Assembly: GCA_963822945.1 (NCBI GenBank)
Contig: CAWGJO010000020.1
Span: forward strand, 576,001-640,000
Source of the DNA: an uncultured Gemmatimonadaceae bacterium
Lineage (GTDB): Bacteria > Gemmatimonadota > Gemmatimonadetes > Gemmatimonadales > Gemmatimonadaceae
Length of the DNA stretch: 64,000 nt
Reading direction: 5' to 3'
Shown here: positions 41,082 through 50,114 of the stretch, piece by piece
Numbering within the stretch: the first letter of the stretch is position 1
How the letters are laid out: each line of letters begins with the position of its first letter
Position numbers and translations under genes: made by a program
The notes under the pieces: generated by a model
Database searches by the model: none
Told to the model about the DNA's origin: nothing
What the model saw: only the letters and a program-made list of their open reading frames with translations

Positions 41082-43499
41082 ATGCAGGGACTGCTTCGCG
41101 ACATCCGCTACGGCGTTCGCACGCTCATCAAGAGCCCTGGCCTCACCATCGTCGCCACCCTCGCGCTCACACTGGGCATTGGGCTCACGGCCACGATGTT
41201 CAGCATGGTCTACGGCGCGATCATGAAGGGCCTCCCGTACCCCGGAGGCGACCGCATCGTCGAGATCTACCGGACCATGCCGTCACGCGGCATCCGCCAG
41301 ATGGGCGTCCCGATCGCCGATTACGAGGACTACAAGGCCCGGCAGCGGAGCCTGGGCTCGATCGCCGCGTACTACACCGGCACCGTGAACGTGAGCGGCG
41401 CCGCGCAGGCCGAGCGCTACAGCGGGGCCTGGGTGACGGCCAGCACCTTCGACGTGGCACACGTCGCGCCGGCACTCGGCCGCACCTTCCGGCCCGGCGA
41501 GGACACCCCGAGCGGCGAGCGCGTGGCGATCATCAGCTACGCCGTCTGGCAGACCCGGTTCGGGGGCGATTCGAGCATCGTCGGGCAGGTGCTCCGCGCC
41601 AACGGCCAACCGTTCACGATCGTGGGCGTGATGCCGGAGGGCTACGCGTTCCCCGGCAATGCCAGGATCTGGCTCCCGCTCCAGATGGATCCACTGGCCC
41701 TGCCGCGGGGCGACGGACAGTCGTTGACGGTGGTCGGGATGCTCAAGCCCGGCACGACGCTCCAACAGGCCGACGCCGACTTCGACGGCATCGCGACGCG
41801 ACTGCAACACGAATTCAAGGATGCGAACGAGGGCATCGGTGCTCAGGTGCGTGGATTCGTCGACGCCGAACTGGGCCCGGAGCCAAAACGCCTGCTCTAC
41901 ACGATGCTCGGCGCCGTGTTCTTCGTGCTGCTCATTGCCTGCGCCAACGTCGCCAACCTTCTGCTCGACCGCGCGGCCCACAAGACCAAGGAGATCGGCA
42001 TCCGCACCGCGCTGGGCGCGAGCCGCGTCGCCGTGGTCCGCCAGTTCCTCGCCGAAGCGATGGTGCTGGCCCTGGCCGGCGCTGTGCTCGGCACCGCCTT
42101 CGCTTATGGCGCCGTCGATCTGTTCAACCGCGTCATGACGGCATCCACCGAGGTCCCCTTCTTCATCGACGTCCGCGTGAACGGGCCGGTGCTGCTGTTC
42201 GTGATCGGCGTGACGATGCTCGCCACGCTCTTCTCGGGACTCATCCCCGCCGTCCAGTCGTCGCGCACCGACATCAACGAGGTGCTCAAGGACGAGACGC
42301 GCGGCTCGTCGAGCCTGCGCATCGGCCGCATGAGCCGCGGCCTGGTCGTGTTCGAGATCGCGCTGTCGTGCGGACTCCTCGTGGCCGCCGGCCTCACGAT
42401 CCGGAGCGTTACCAATCTGCGCACCATGGACCCCGGGTTCCGCACGGCGAACGTGTTCACGGCACGCGTCGGGTTCCCTGCGGGATACACGGACACCATC
42501 ATGCGGCAGCAGTTCTTCGAACGGCTGCGCGAACGGCTGGCCGCGATTCCCGGCGTGCGCTCCGCCGCCATCATGTCGTCTCTGCCGGGCGTGGGCTCCG
42601 ACGGCGGCAGCTTCCAGGTGGAGGGCATCGCCTATCCCACCGACCGCGACTACCCCCGGTCCAACTGGTACACGGTGTCCCCCGGGTACTTCGAGACCTT
42701 CGGCATCCGCGTCAGCCAGGGTCGCGGCATCACGACCGCCGACCGCGTGGACGCCGCCCCCGTGGCGGTGGTGAATCGCGCATTCGCCGACAAGTACTTC
42801 CCGGGCCAGGACCCGATCGGGCGCCGCATCCGCCAGGGGGCGCACGTCGCGGCACTGCCCTGGATGACGATCGTGGGCGTGGTGCCCACCAACTTCTCCG
42901 GCGATCCGGACGAGCCCCGCCCACCTGCGTACTATGTCCCGTTGGCACAGCACAATCTGCAGTTCGCCAGCATGGCCGTGTACACTGCCGGTCCGCCGAT
43001 GGCGATCACGGCGCAGGTACGGGCCGCCGTGGCGTCGCTCAACCCCGACATCCCCATCTACTGGCCGTACTCCATGGATGAGGCGCTTGCGCGCCCCCTG
43101 TGGTTCATCCGCGTGTTCGGCACGATGTTCATGATCTTCGGCGTCATCGCGCTCTTCCTGGCCGCCGTCGGGCTCTACGCAGTGATGTCGTTCTCCGTCA
43201 GCCGCCGCGCCCGCGAGGTGGGCATTCGCATGGCGCTCGGCGCGCAGGGTGGCGACGTCGTGCGCATGATCTTCCGCCAGGGCGTGCTGCAGGTCGTGGT
43301 CGGGCTGGTGCTCGGCCTCTCGCTGGCCGCCACGGTCGCGCAGTTCATGAGCGTGGTGTTGTTCCAGGTCCGGCCGCGCGATCCCATGGTATTCGGCGGC
43401 GTGGCGGGAGTGCTCGCGGTCATCGGACTGGCGGCGTGCCTGGTGCCGGCACGGCGCGCCACGCGCGTGGATCCGCTGGTGGCCCTGCGCAGCGAATAG
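41082..43499 (+). CDS. MacB/FtsX-type duplicated orphan ABC permease (ADOP family)
   Basis: GGAG SD. DIRYGVRTLIKSPG, LLIACANVANLLL, EIGIRTALGASR, PARRATRVDPLVALRSE. About 805 aa. Confidence 0.93.
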   Translation: MQGLLRDIRYGVRTLIKSPGLTIVATLALTLGIGLTATMFSMVYGAIMKGLPYPGGDRIVEIYRTMPSRGIRQMGVPIADYEDYKARQRSLGSIAAYYTGTVNVSGAAQAERYSGAWVTASTFDVAHVAPALGRTFRPGEDTPSGERVAIISYAVWQTRFGGDSSIVGQVLRANGQPFTIVGVMPEGYAFPGNARIWLPLQMDPLALPRGDGQSLTVVGMLKPGTTLQQADADFDGIATRLQHEFKDANEGIGAQVRGFVDAELGPEPKRLLYTMLGAVFFVLLIACANVANLLLDRAAHKTKEIGIRTALGASRVAVVRQFLAEAMVLALAGAVLGTAFAYGAVDLFNRVMTASTEVPFFIDVRVNGPVLLFVIGVTMLATLFSGLIPAVQSSRTDINEVLKDETRGSSSLRIGRMSRGLVVFEIALSCGLLVAAGLTIRSVTNLRTMDPGFRTANVFTARVGFPAGYTDTIMRQQFFERLRERLAAIPGVRSAAIMSSLPGVGSDGGSFQVEGIAYPTDRDYPRSNWYTVSPGYFETFGIRVSQGRGITTADRVDAAPVAVVNRAFADKYFPGQDPIGRRIRQGAHVAALPWMTIVGVVPTNFSGDPDEPRPPAYYVPLAQHNLQFASMAVYTAGPPMAITAQVRAAVASLNPDIPIYWPYSMDEALARPLWFIRVFGTMFMIFGVIALFLAAVGLYAVMSFSVSRRAREVGIRMALGAQGGDVVRMIFRQGVLQVVVGLVLGLSLAATVAQFMSVVLFQVRPRDPMVFGGVAGVLAVIGLAACLVPARRATRVDPLVALRSE

Positions 43500-43506
43500 C
43501 GCCGAT

Positions 43507-43524
43507 CGCGCCGCGCGCGGCGCG
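43507..43524. terminator. GC-rich palindrome between convergent genes, possible bidirectional terminator
   Basis: CGCGCCGCG/CGCGGCGCG perfect inverted repeat, but no U-tract. Confidence 0.3.
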
Positions 43525-43530
43525 GTTGCC

Positions 43531-45402
43531 CTACGACGCGGGGAGCGGCCGGTGATGCGGCGCGCGGCGCGCGGCCGACTCGGCACCGTCTGCCTCCGTG
43601 CCGAACCCGCTCCGCAGGAGTTCGGCGAACGCACCGTTCGCCGCCGCCAGTTCGTCCCACGTCCCGATCTCCACCACCCGGCCGCCGTCGACCACCACGA
43701 TGCGGTCGGCCTTGCGCACCGTCGACAGCCGGTGCGCGATCACCAGCGTGGTGCGTCCCCGCGTGGCAGCCTCGAGCGCGGCCTGCACGAACTCCTCCGA
43801 CACCGTGTCCAGGTGCGACGTCGCTTCGTCCAGGATCAACAGCCGTGGATTGCGCACGATGGCCCGCGCAATCGACAACCGCTGGCGCTGCCCACCCGAG
43901 AGCATGACCCCGCGCTCTCCGATGGGCGTCTCCAGCCGGTCGGGCAGCGACGCCAGCAGGTCGTCGAGATACGCCGAGTGCAGCGCGAATTCGATGTCCT
44001 CCTCCGTGGCCCATGAGCATCCGAATGCGACGTTGGCGCCCAGCGTGTCGTTGAACAGAAACGGATCCTGTTCCACGAGCGCCACGTGCTGGTGCCAGCT
44101 CTCGGGCGTGAAGCTCCAGTAGTCCACTCCGTCCACGAGCACGCTGCCCCCGGTGGGCTCCCGCAACCGGAGGAGCAGCGTGGCGAGTGTGGACTTGCCG
44201 CTTCCCGATTGCCCCACGAGCGCCACCGTCGTGCCGGCGGGAATGTCGAACGACACCCCCTCGAGCGCCGTGCGGTCGGGCCGGTACCGATACGTCAGTT
44301 CGCGCACCGCGACCCGCTCGCGCACGTCCTCGAACGTCGTCGTGCCGAACGCCCGCACGGGGAACTGCGGGGTGTCGAGCCAGCGCGTGATCTCGCGGAT
44401 GCTGCTCGACAGGAACAGCAGGTGCGCCTGGACGCCGAAGAACCGGTTCACCAGCGGCACGAGCCGCAGGAGCACGAGGCCGAACGCCGTCAGCTTGGCC
44501 GACGACATGGCGCCCGGCGCCACGAGGAAGGCGTACGCGCCGAGCAGCAGCGAGATGGCGGCGACCAGCGATCCGGTTTCGACGATCGGCTGCAGCACCG
44601 CCGCGGCCCGTTGATACCGCTCGTTGACCGTCGCCTGCCCGGTGTTGGTCTGCTCGAATCGTTCGGCTTCCAACCGCTGTGCGTTCGCCGCGCGGATCAC
44701 GCGCACGCCGTTGAACGCTTCGGCCGTCCGGCGGGCCAACTGCATGTTGCCGGACGTCATCTCGCGGCCCAGCCGGCCGAAGTGCCGGTACAGGCGGCCG
44801 ATGAGCGCGGCCCCGATCACGCCGGCCACCACCGTTCCGCCCCCGAGCAGCGGGGAGATCCAGATCAGCGCCCCGATGTAGAGCAGCCCCGTGCCGACCG
44901 TCTGGATCAGCCCGACGCCCACCGGCAGGCATTCCAGCGCGCGCCGGGATTCCTCGACGAACAGGCTGGAGAGTTCCGCCGACGAATGGTGGTCGAACAC
45001 GTCCAGCGGCGCCGCCTGCAGACGCGCGAACAGCACGCCGCGGATCCGCTCCATGGCCGTGCGTTGGATGCGGGCCAGGACGCTCGTGTTGACGTACAGG
45101 GACCCGTTCTTGAGGCCGATGGCCAGGATCACCGCGGCCCCGAACCCGCCCGCCAGCGTCACCGTCGACGCGCCCGGCGCCAGCCGCATCGCGAACGTCA
45201 GCAGCCGCGTGGTACCCGTCGCGGTTCCGAGCACGAGGTTGAGCAGCTGCGCCATCAGGCCGACGGCGGCAACTTCCATCACCATGGTGACCGCGGTCGT
45301 GACCACCACGATCACCACCGACGCCACCGTCAGCGGAATGAAGGGGCGCAGCTTCGCCAGACCGCGAGCCGCGTTTCGGAGGTCTCGAAGCGAATTCCGC
45401 AT
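43531..45402 (-). CDS. ABC exporter, fused TMD-NBD (MsbA/HepA-like)
   Basis: About 6 TM segments, then GQSGSGKS, LSGGQRQR, LDEATS, IAHRLSTV. Confidence 0.92.
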   Translation of the reverse strand: MRNSLRDLRNAARGLAKLRPFIPLTVASVVIVVVTTAVTMVMEVAAVGLMAQLLNLVLGTATGTTRLLTFAMRLAPGASTVTLAGGFGAAVILAIGLKNGSLYVNTSVLARIQRTAMERIRGVLFARLQAAPLDVFDHHSSAELSSLFVEESRRALECLPVGVGLIQTVGTGLLYIGALIWISPLLGGGTVVAGVIGAALIGRLYRHFGRLGREMTSGNMQLARRTAEAFNGVRVIRAANAQRLEAERFEQTNTGQATVNERYQRAAAVLQPIVETGSLVAAISLLLGAYAFLVAPGAMSSAKLTAFGLVLLRLVPLVNRFFGVQAHLLFLSSSIREITRWLDTPQFPVRAFGTTTFEDVRERVAVRELTYRYRPDRTALEGVSFDIPAGTTVALVGQSGSGKSTLATLLLRLREPTGGSVLVDGVDYWSFTPESWHQHVALVEQDPFLFNDTLGANVAFGCSWATEEDIEFALHSAYLDDLLASLPDRLETPIGERGVMLSGGQRQRLSIARAIVRNPRLLILDEATSHLDTVSEEFVQAALEAATRGRTTLVIAHRLSTVRKADRIVVVDGGRVVEIGTWDELAAANGAFAELLRSGFGTEADGAESAARRAPHHRPLPAS

Positions 45403-45449
45403 TGGCGTCGGCTAAGTTACCGCATCGCGCGGCGCCACGATATGCGGCG

Positions 45450-45918
45450 CTATGGGGCGAGCAGTTCGAACGCGGCGCCGACCACGACCTCGCCCTCCAC
45501 CAGCACCCGCGCGTACACACGGCTCCACCCCGGGTGCGCCTTCTGCGCGATGCGCCCGAAGCGTCCATCCACGAAGTACGGGCGCAGGTTGTGGCAGGGG
45601 TTCGCATAGGCCGTGACCTCGGCCTCCACCGTTCCGGCGCGGAACCGCGTGCCCACGGTCATCGCGTCCCACGCGATGCCCCGGACGGTCAGATTCTCCC
45701 CCGTCGCGCCGGGCAGTACGCCGTGGCCTTCCGCGCGCAAGCGCGTCGAGGAGCTCGGCCGAGTAGACGCAGAGCGCGCGCTGCCGCCCGCCGTGATGCT
45801 CGAGATTACGCTGCCGGTCGCCGGCCAGCCCATCGACCGTCACCTTCGCCCGGTCGACGGGGAGCTTCGGTACACCGCCCGCGGAAACGTTGATCGAGAC
45901 CACCTCCCCACGCGCCAT
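45450..45918 (-). CDS. MOSC-domain protein (YiiM-like core), frameshifted near 45740
   Basis: GGVPK..DGLAGD..HHGG..RALCVYS in one frame joins GENLT..PC..YARVLVEGEV in another. TGATG coupling to the upstream gene. Confidence 0.85.
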
Positions 45919-47156
45919 CAGAAGTAGATCCTCGCCGGTTCGACCTTGGTGGGAATCTCCCCGACCTCCACACGCACCGGAATCCCGCCGTTGCTCGTGC
46001 TGAGCACCGGGCGCATGGCGAAGCCCAGTTGCGACGTCAACTTCGCATCGGGACTCAGCAACGCCAACCGCCACCCGCCGCAGTGCCGCCGCAGCACGTG
46101 CCCGAGCTGCGCGTACAGGTTCCGGACCTCGTGACGGTCGCCCACGCGTACGCCATACGGTGGATTGGCCGCCACCAGCCCGGGCCCCGCCGGCGGTGAG
46201 ATGGCGGACACCGCGTGCACCGCAAGCGCGAGGTCTTCCGAGACGCCGGCTCGCTCGGCGTTGGCGCGCGCCGCGTCGATGGCCCCGGGATCACGGTCGG
46301 AGCCGTGGATCGCCACGGGGCTGCCGGGCAGGACCTGCGCGCCGGCCTCGTCGAGCAGCCGGGCGAACACGTCCCGCGGAAACTCGGGCCACTCGACGCA
46401 CGCAAACTGGCGCCGGAGGCCGGGCGCGATGCGCCGCGCGATCATCGCGGCCTCAATGGGAATCGTTCCCGAGCCGCAGAGCGGATCCACCAGCGGCGTC
46501 GTGCCGCGCCAGTCGGCCGCGAGCAGCAGCGCCGCGGCCAGCGTTTCGCGCAGCGGCGCCTTGGCCACGGCCTGCCGGTAACCGCGCAGATGCAGCAGGG
46601 CGCCCGAACTGTCGGCGCTCACCGTGCACTCGTCGTGCGCAATCCGCACCACGAACAGTTGCTCGCGCCCGGCGTCCGCGGTCTCGTCGTCGTCCGCGCC
46701 CCCGGGAGTCGTGAACGTGCTGGCCGCGCCGAGGCGGTGCTCGATGGCGGCTGCCAGCCGTTCGGCCACGGCGTCCGAATGGTAGAGGCGCGACTTGCGG
46801 CAGGTGACCCGAAATCGCACCGCGCCTCCCGGCGCGACGAACCGTTCCCAGGGAATGCGCCGCGCGTGCCGCTCCAGTTCGTAGAACGCGCGGGCCCGGA
46901 AGCGGGCCGTCCGGACCACGATGCGGCTGGCGGTGCGGAGCCAGAGATTCGCCCGGCACAGCGATTCGGCGTCCCCCTGCCAGGCGACGCCTCCTCCGCC
47001 CGCTTCGATCCGCGGCGCCTCGCCGAGCGCCGTGAGTTCGCGCGCCACCAGCGGCTCCAGTCCCGGCGCCGCGATGGCGAAGCATTCGAACGGGTTATTC
47101 GCTGCGCTGGAGGGCGGCGGCGTTCGTGACACCGGGGCGGGTCCTGACCGGTTCAT
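45918..47156 (-). CDS. THUMP-domain class I SAM RNA methyltransferase (RlmL/YpsC-like)
   Basis: ANLWLRTASR, LHLRGYR, APLRETLAA, DPLCGSGTIPIEAA, NPPYG. Confidence 0.92.
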   Translation of the reverse strand: MNRSGPAPVSRTPPPSSAANNPFECFAIAAPGLEPLVARELTALGEAPRIEAGGGGVAWQGDAESLCRANLWLRTASRIVVRTARFRARAFYELERHARRIPWERFVAPGGAVRFRVTCRKSRLYHSDAVAERLAAAIEHRLGAASTFTTPGGADDDETADAGREQLFVVRIAHDECTVSADSSGALLHLRGYRQAVAKAPLRETLAAALLLAADWRGTTPLVDPLCGSGTIPIEAAMIARRIAPGLRRQFACVEWPEFPRDVFARLLDEAGAQVLPGSPVAIHGSDRDPGAIDAARANAERAGVSEDLALAVHAVSAISPPAGPGLVAANPPYGVRVGDRHEVRNLYAQLGHVLRRHCGGWRLALLSPDAKLTSQLGFAMRPVLSTSNGGIPVRVEVGEIPTKVEPARIYF

Positions 47157-47757
47157 GCCCCCGCGCGCTCCATCGCCGGACCACCCGGTACGCGAGCAGC
47201 ACGATGAAGACCGCGAGGTACACGAGGGGAAACAGCGTGTCCTTCTTCACGGCCCAAAGGTAGTGGACCGTCCCCCCGATCGCGATCAGATAGATGAGCT
47301 GGTGCAGGCGACGCCACCGTCGGCCGCCAAGCCGGCGCACCCACGCGTTGGTGGACGTCAGCGCGAGCGGGATCAGCAACACGAAGCTCGCCATCCCGAC
47401 CAGAATGTACCGGTGCTTCACGATCTCGCCGCCCATCAGGCCCCATGCGAAGAACCAGTCCACCCCCACCCACATCGACAGGTGCACGAACGCATAGAAG
47501 AACGTGAACAACCCGAACATGCGGCGGTACTTGGCGAGCACGCCCAGGTGCAGCAGTTGCCGCGCCGGGGTCACGGCCAGCGTGATGGCCAGGAAGCGCA
47601 GCGTCCAGAGCCCCGTGAAGATCTCGGCTTCCTCGATCGGATTCACGCCCAGGCCGTCGGGATGCAGCGCGCGCCAGGTGAGATCGGCGGCGGGCAGCAG
47701 GCACACCGCGAACACCGCCGGCTTGAGCCAGCGCTGGCGTGCCAGGGTTTGAGACAG
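47153..47757 (-). CDS. msrQ: Methionine sulfoxide reductase heme subunit MsrQ
   Basis: TLAVTP, RRMFGL, HL..W, LALTS, WRRLHQLIY, HYLW. As written it reads to 47095, but one extra G in the G-run near 47160 would end it at an ATGA overlap (47153). There is no ATG/GTG at the expected start (CTG 47757). Confidence 0.9.
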
Positions 47758-47759
47758 GG

Positions 47760-48686
47760 TCAGAAATACTTCCTCAGATCCATGCCCGCGTACATCGACG
47801 CCACCTGGTCGCCGTAGCCGTTGAACATCAGCGTGGGGCGCCGACGGAATTCTCCGATGCGACGCTCCACCGACTGCGTCCATCGCGGATGATCGACGTG
47901 CGGATTCACATTGGCGTAGAAGCCGTACTCGTCGGGCGCGGCCAACATCCATGCCGTCATCGGCTGCTGCTCCACGAACTCGATCTTCACGATCGCCTTG
48001 ATGCCCTTGAACCCGTACTTCCACGGAACCACGAGCCGCACGGGCGCGCCGTCCTGATTGGGCAGCGTCTTGCCGTAGAGCCCCGTGACGAGAAGGGTGA
48101 GCGGATGCATCGCCTCGTCCATGCGCAGGCCCTCCACGTACGGCCACTGCAGCACGGCACGCCGCTGCCCCGGCATCTGATCCGGATCGTACAGCGTCGT
48201 GAACTTCACGTACTTGGCGCCCGGGTCCGGCTCGAAACGCTTCAACACGTCGGCCAGCACGTATCCGTTCCACGGAATCACCATCGACCACGCTTCCACG
48301 CACCGCAGCCGGTACACGCGGTCGACGCGGTTGGCCGGCTTGAACAGATCCTCGTACCGGTAGTGGCCCGGCTTCTTGCACAGACCGGCTACCTCGATGG
48401 ACCAGGGCTGCGTGCGGAACTGCTGCGCGTTGGCCTTGGGGTCGGACTTCTGGGTGCCGAACTCGTAGTAGTTGTTGTACGAGGTGATCTGGTCCCAGGT
48501 GTTGAGCTTGTCCTCCGGCGGGCCGTCGTTCACGAGGGCCCCGTGCAGCAGACCGGGCGCCAGGGCACCGCCGGCCGCGATCGCACCCACACCGCCGGCC
48601 ATCTTCAGAAACGACCGGCGGTTCAGGTAGTCGCGCTCCGGCGTGATTTCGGAAGAGGGGATGTCGTTCGGCTTCTTGATCAGCAT
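47760..48686 (-). CDS. msrP: Molybdoenzyme methionine sulfoxide reductase MsrP (YedY)
   Basis: SEITP, Tat motif [39 protein letters not shown]. Confidence 0.97.
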   Translation of the reverse strand: MLIKKPNDIPSSEITPERDYLNRRSFLKMAGGVGAIAAGGALAPGLLHGALVNDGPPEDKLNTWDQITSYNNYYEFGTQKSDPKANAQQFRTQPWSIEVAGLCKKPGHYRYEDLFKPANRVDRVYRLRCVEAWSMVIPWNGYVLADVLKRFEPDPGAKYVKFTTLYDPDQMPGQRRAVLQWPYVEGLRMDEAMHPLTLLVTGLYGKTLPNQDGAPVRLVVPWKYGFKGIKAIVKIEFVEQQPMTAWMLAAPDEYGFYANVNPHVDHPRWTQSVERRIGEFRRRPTLMFNGYGDQVASMYAGMDLRKYF

Positions 48687-48835
48687 GGTCGTTCCTCGCG
48701 GGTGATGGCGTCCCGTCCCGCAAACATACCGGGTTCGCGTTCGATGAGTTCCCCGTTTTGGCAGACCGGGCCCCCGGTGCTGTCAACACGGACCACGCGG
48801 CGCGTTGCGAGTTTGCCACTTTGGCCGCGCGGGCA

Positions 48836-48851
48836 TGGCACGTCTCGTGCC
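48836..48851 (+). promoter_or_regulatory. Putative sigma54 (-24/-12) promoter of hsp20
   Basis: TGGCACGTCTCGTGC has GG-N10-GC spacing and lies about 85 nt upstream of the ATG. Confidence 0.5.
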
Positions 48852-48934
48852 TTCAAGCGCAGGTGAGGCGCGGGCTGCCGGTTGGCATCGCCCTGACGCC
48901 CAATCCATCGAATGCTCTCTTCAGGAGGATCGCC

Positions 48935-49387
48935 ATGATCGCCACTCGTTCCCTCTCGTCCACTCTGGACCGGATGCTCTCGCTCAACCGCGCGCTCGAC
49001 GGTGCCTTCACCGGCCCGCGTCAGGCGTTCGACGGCCACCTGTGGGTGCCGGCGCTCGACGTCGCCGAGCGCAAGGACGCGTACCTCGTCACCGTCGAAC
49101 TGCCGGGGGTCGACCCCAAGGACGTGGACATCAGCTTCGAACAGAACGTACTGACGGTGCGCGGCACCAAGGCCTCCACGCTCGTCGCCGGCGACAACGA
49201 GATGCGCGTGTACGCCAACGAGCGCGTCTCGGGCATGTTCGAGCGGTCGATCCGCCTGCCCGAGTTCGTGGACGGTGACAACATCACCGCGCAGTCGGCC
49301 AACGGCCTCCTCGAGATCACGATTCCCAAGGCGCAGGTTGCACAGCCGCGGAAGATCGAGATCAAGGCGGCCACGCCCGTCGGCTGA
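48935..49387 (+). CDS. Hsp20/alpha-crystallin small heat-shock protein
   Basis: AGGAGG SD. PALDV, ELPGV, FERSIRLP, NGLLEITIPK. Confidence 0.95.
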   Translation: MIATRSLSSTLDRMLSLNRALDGAFTGPRQAFDGHLWVPALDVAERKDAYLVTVELPGVDPKDVDISFEQNVLTVRGTKASTLVAGDNEMRVYANERVSGMFERSIRLPEFVDGDNITAQSANGLLEITIPKAQVAQPRKIEIKAATPVG

Positions 49388-49414
49388 TCGGGTCGGTTGG
49401 ACCGCTCGTAGAAT

Positions 49415-49453
49415 CGCCGCGCCGGGCCCGCTGACCCGGCGCGGCGCTTTCGT
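49415..49453 (+). terminator. Rho-independent terminator after hsp20
   Basis: 12-bp stem CGCCGCGCCGGG / CCCGGCGCGGCG with an 8-nt loop, followed by CTTTCGT. Confidence 0.75.
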
Positions 49454-49459
49454 ATCCGC

Positions 49460-49488
49460 TTGACATTCATACGATCGTATCATATCAT
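49460..49488 (+). promoter_or_regulatory. Sigma70 promoter TTGACA-17 bp-TATCAT of the tetR efflux operon
   Basis: Consensus -35, exact 17-bp spacer, 5/6 match at -10. The ATG is 8 nt downstream. Confidence 0.85.
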
Positions 49489-49500
49489 ACGAACGTATGA
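49467..49500. promoter_or_regulatory. Tandem TetR operators TCATACG-N2-CGTAT(C/G)A
   Basis: TCATACGATCGTATCA (49467-49482) and TCATACGAACGTATGA (49485-49500) overlap the spacer, -10 box and start codon. Confidence 0.8.
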
Positions 49501-50114
49501 CTGACACGACCTCCACACGCGAGCGCATCCTCGCCGTCGCCCGAGAACTCTTCACCGCCCGCGGATTCGACTCCGTTTCCGTTCGCGACATCGTCTCGGC
49601 GGCCAACGTCAACCTCGGGGCCGTCACGTACCACTTCGGCTCGAAGGAAGCGCTCTACCACGCCGCCCTGGAGTCGATGGCCGATCCGTTCGCCGCCCGC
49701 ATTGCCGAACTCGCGGCCGGACCCGGCGCGCCCCTCGATCGCATCGAAGGCATCGTGCGCGGCGCCCTCGCGCACCTGCTCGACGACCCGGGGCCGCCCG
49801 TCGTGCTGCTCCGTGAACTCGCCAGCGACCGCCCGCTGCCGCCACCGATCGCCTCGCTCATGCGCCGCAACCTCGGCGCCGTCTCGGCCCTCATCGTCGA
49901 GGGGCAGCGGGACGGCACCATTCGCGCCGGCGACCCCGCGCTGCTCGCCATCACCGTGATGTCGCAGCCGTTCTTCGTCCGGGCGGCGCGCCGTGTGGTG
50001 AGCGTCGCGCTCGGGGTCGATCCCAACGCGGCCGGGCAACAGGAGCGCATTACCGAACACGTGGTCAAGAGCGTTCGCCACTCCATCGCCAACACGCCGC
50101 AGGTCTCATCATGA
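49497..50114 (+). CDS. TetR-family regulator (CecR/YbiH-like)
   Basis: HTH TRERIL..FTARGFDSVSVRDI..NLGAVTYHFGSKEALY. Confidence 0.94.
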   Translation: MTDTTSTRERILAVARELFTARGFDSVSVRDIVSAANVNLGAVTYHFGSKEALYHAALESMADPFAARIAELAAGPGAPLDRIEGIVRGALAHLLDDPGPPVVLLRELASDRPLPPPIASLMRRNLGAVSALIVEGQRDGTIRAGDPALLAITVMSQPFFVRAARRVVSVALGVDPNAAGQQERITEHVVKSVRHSIANTPQVSS

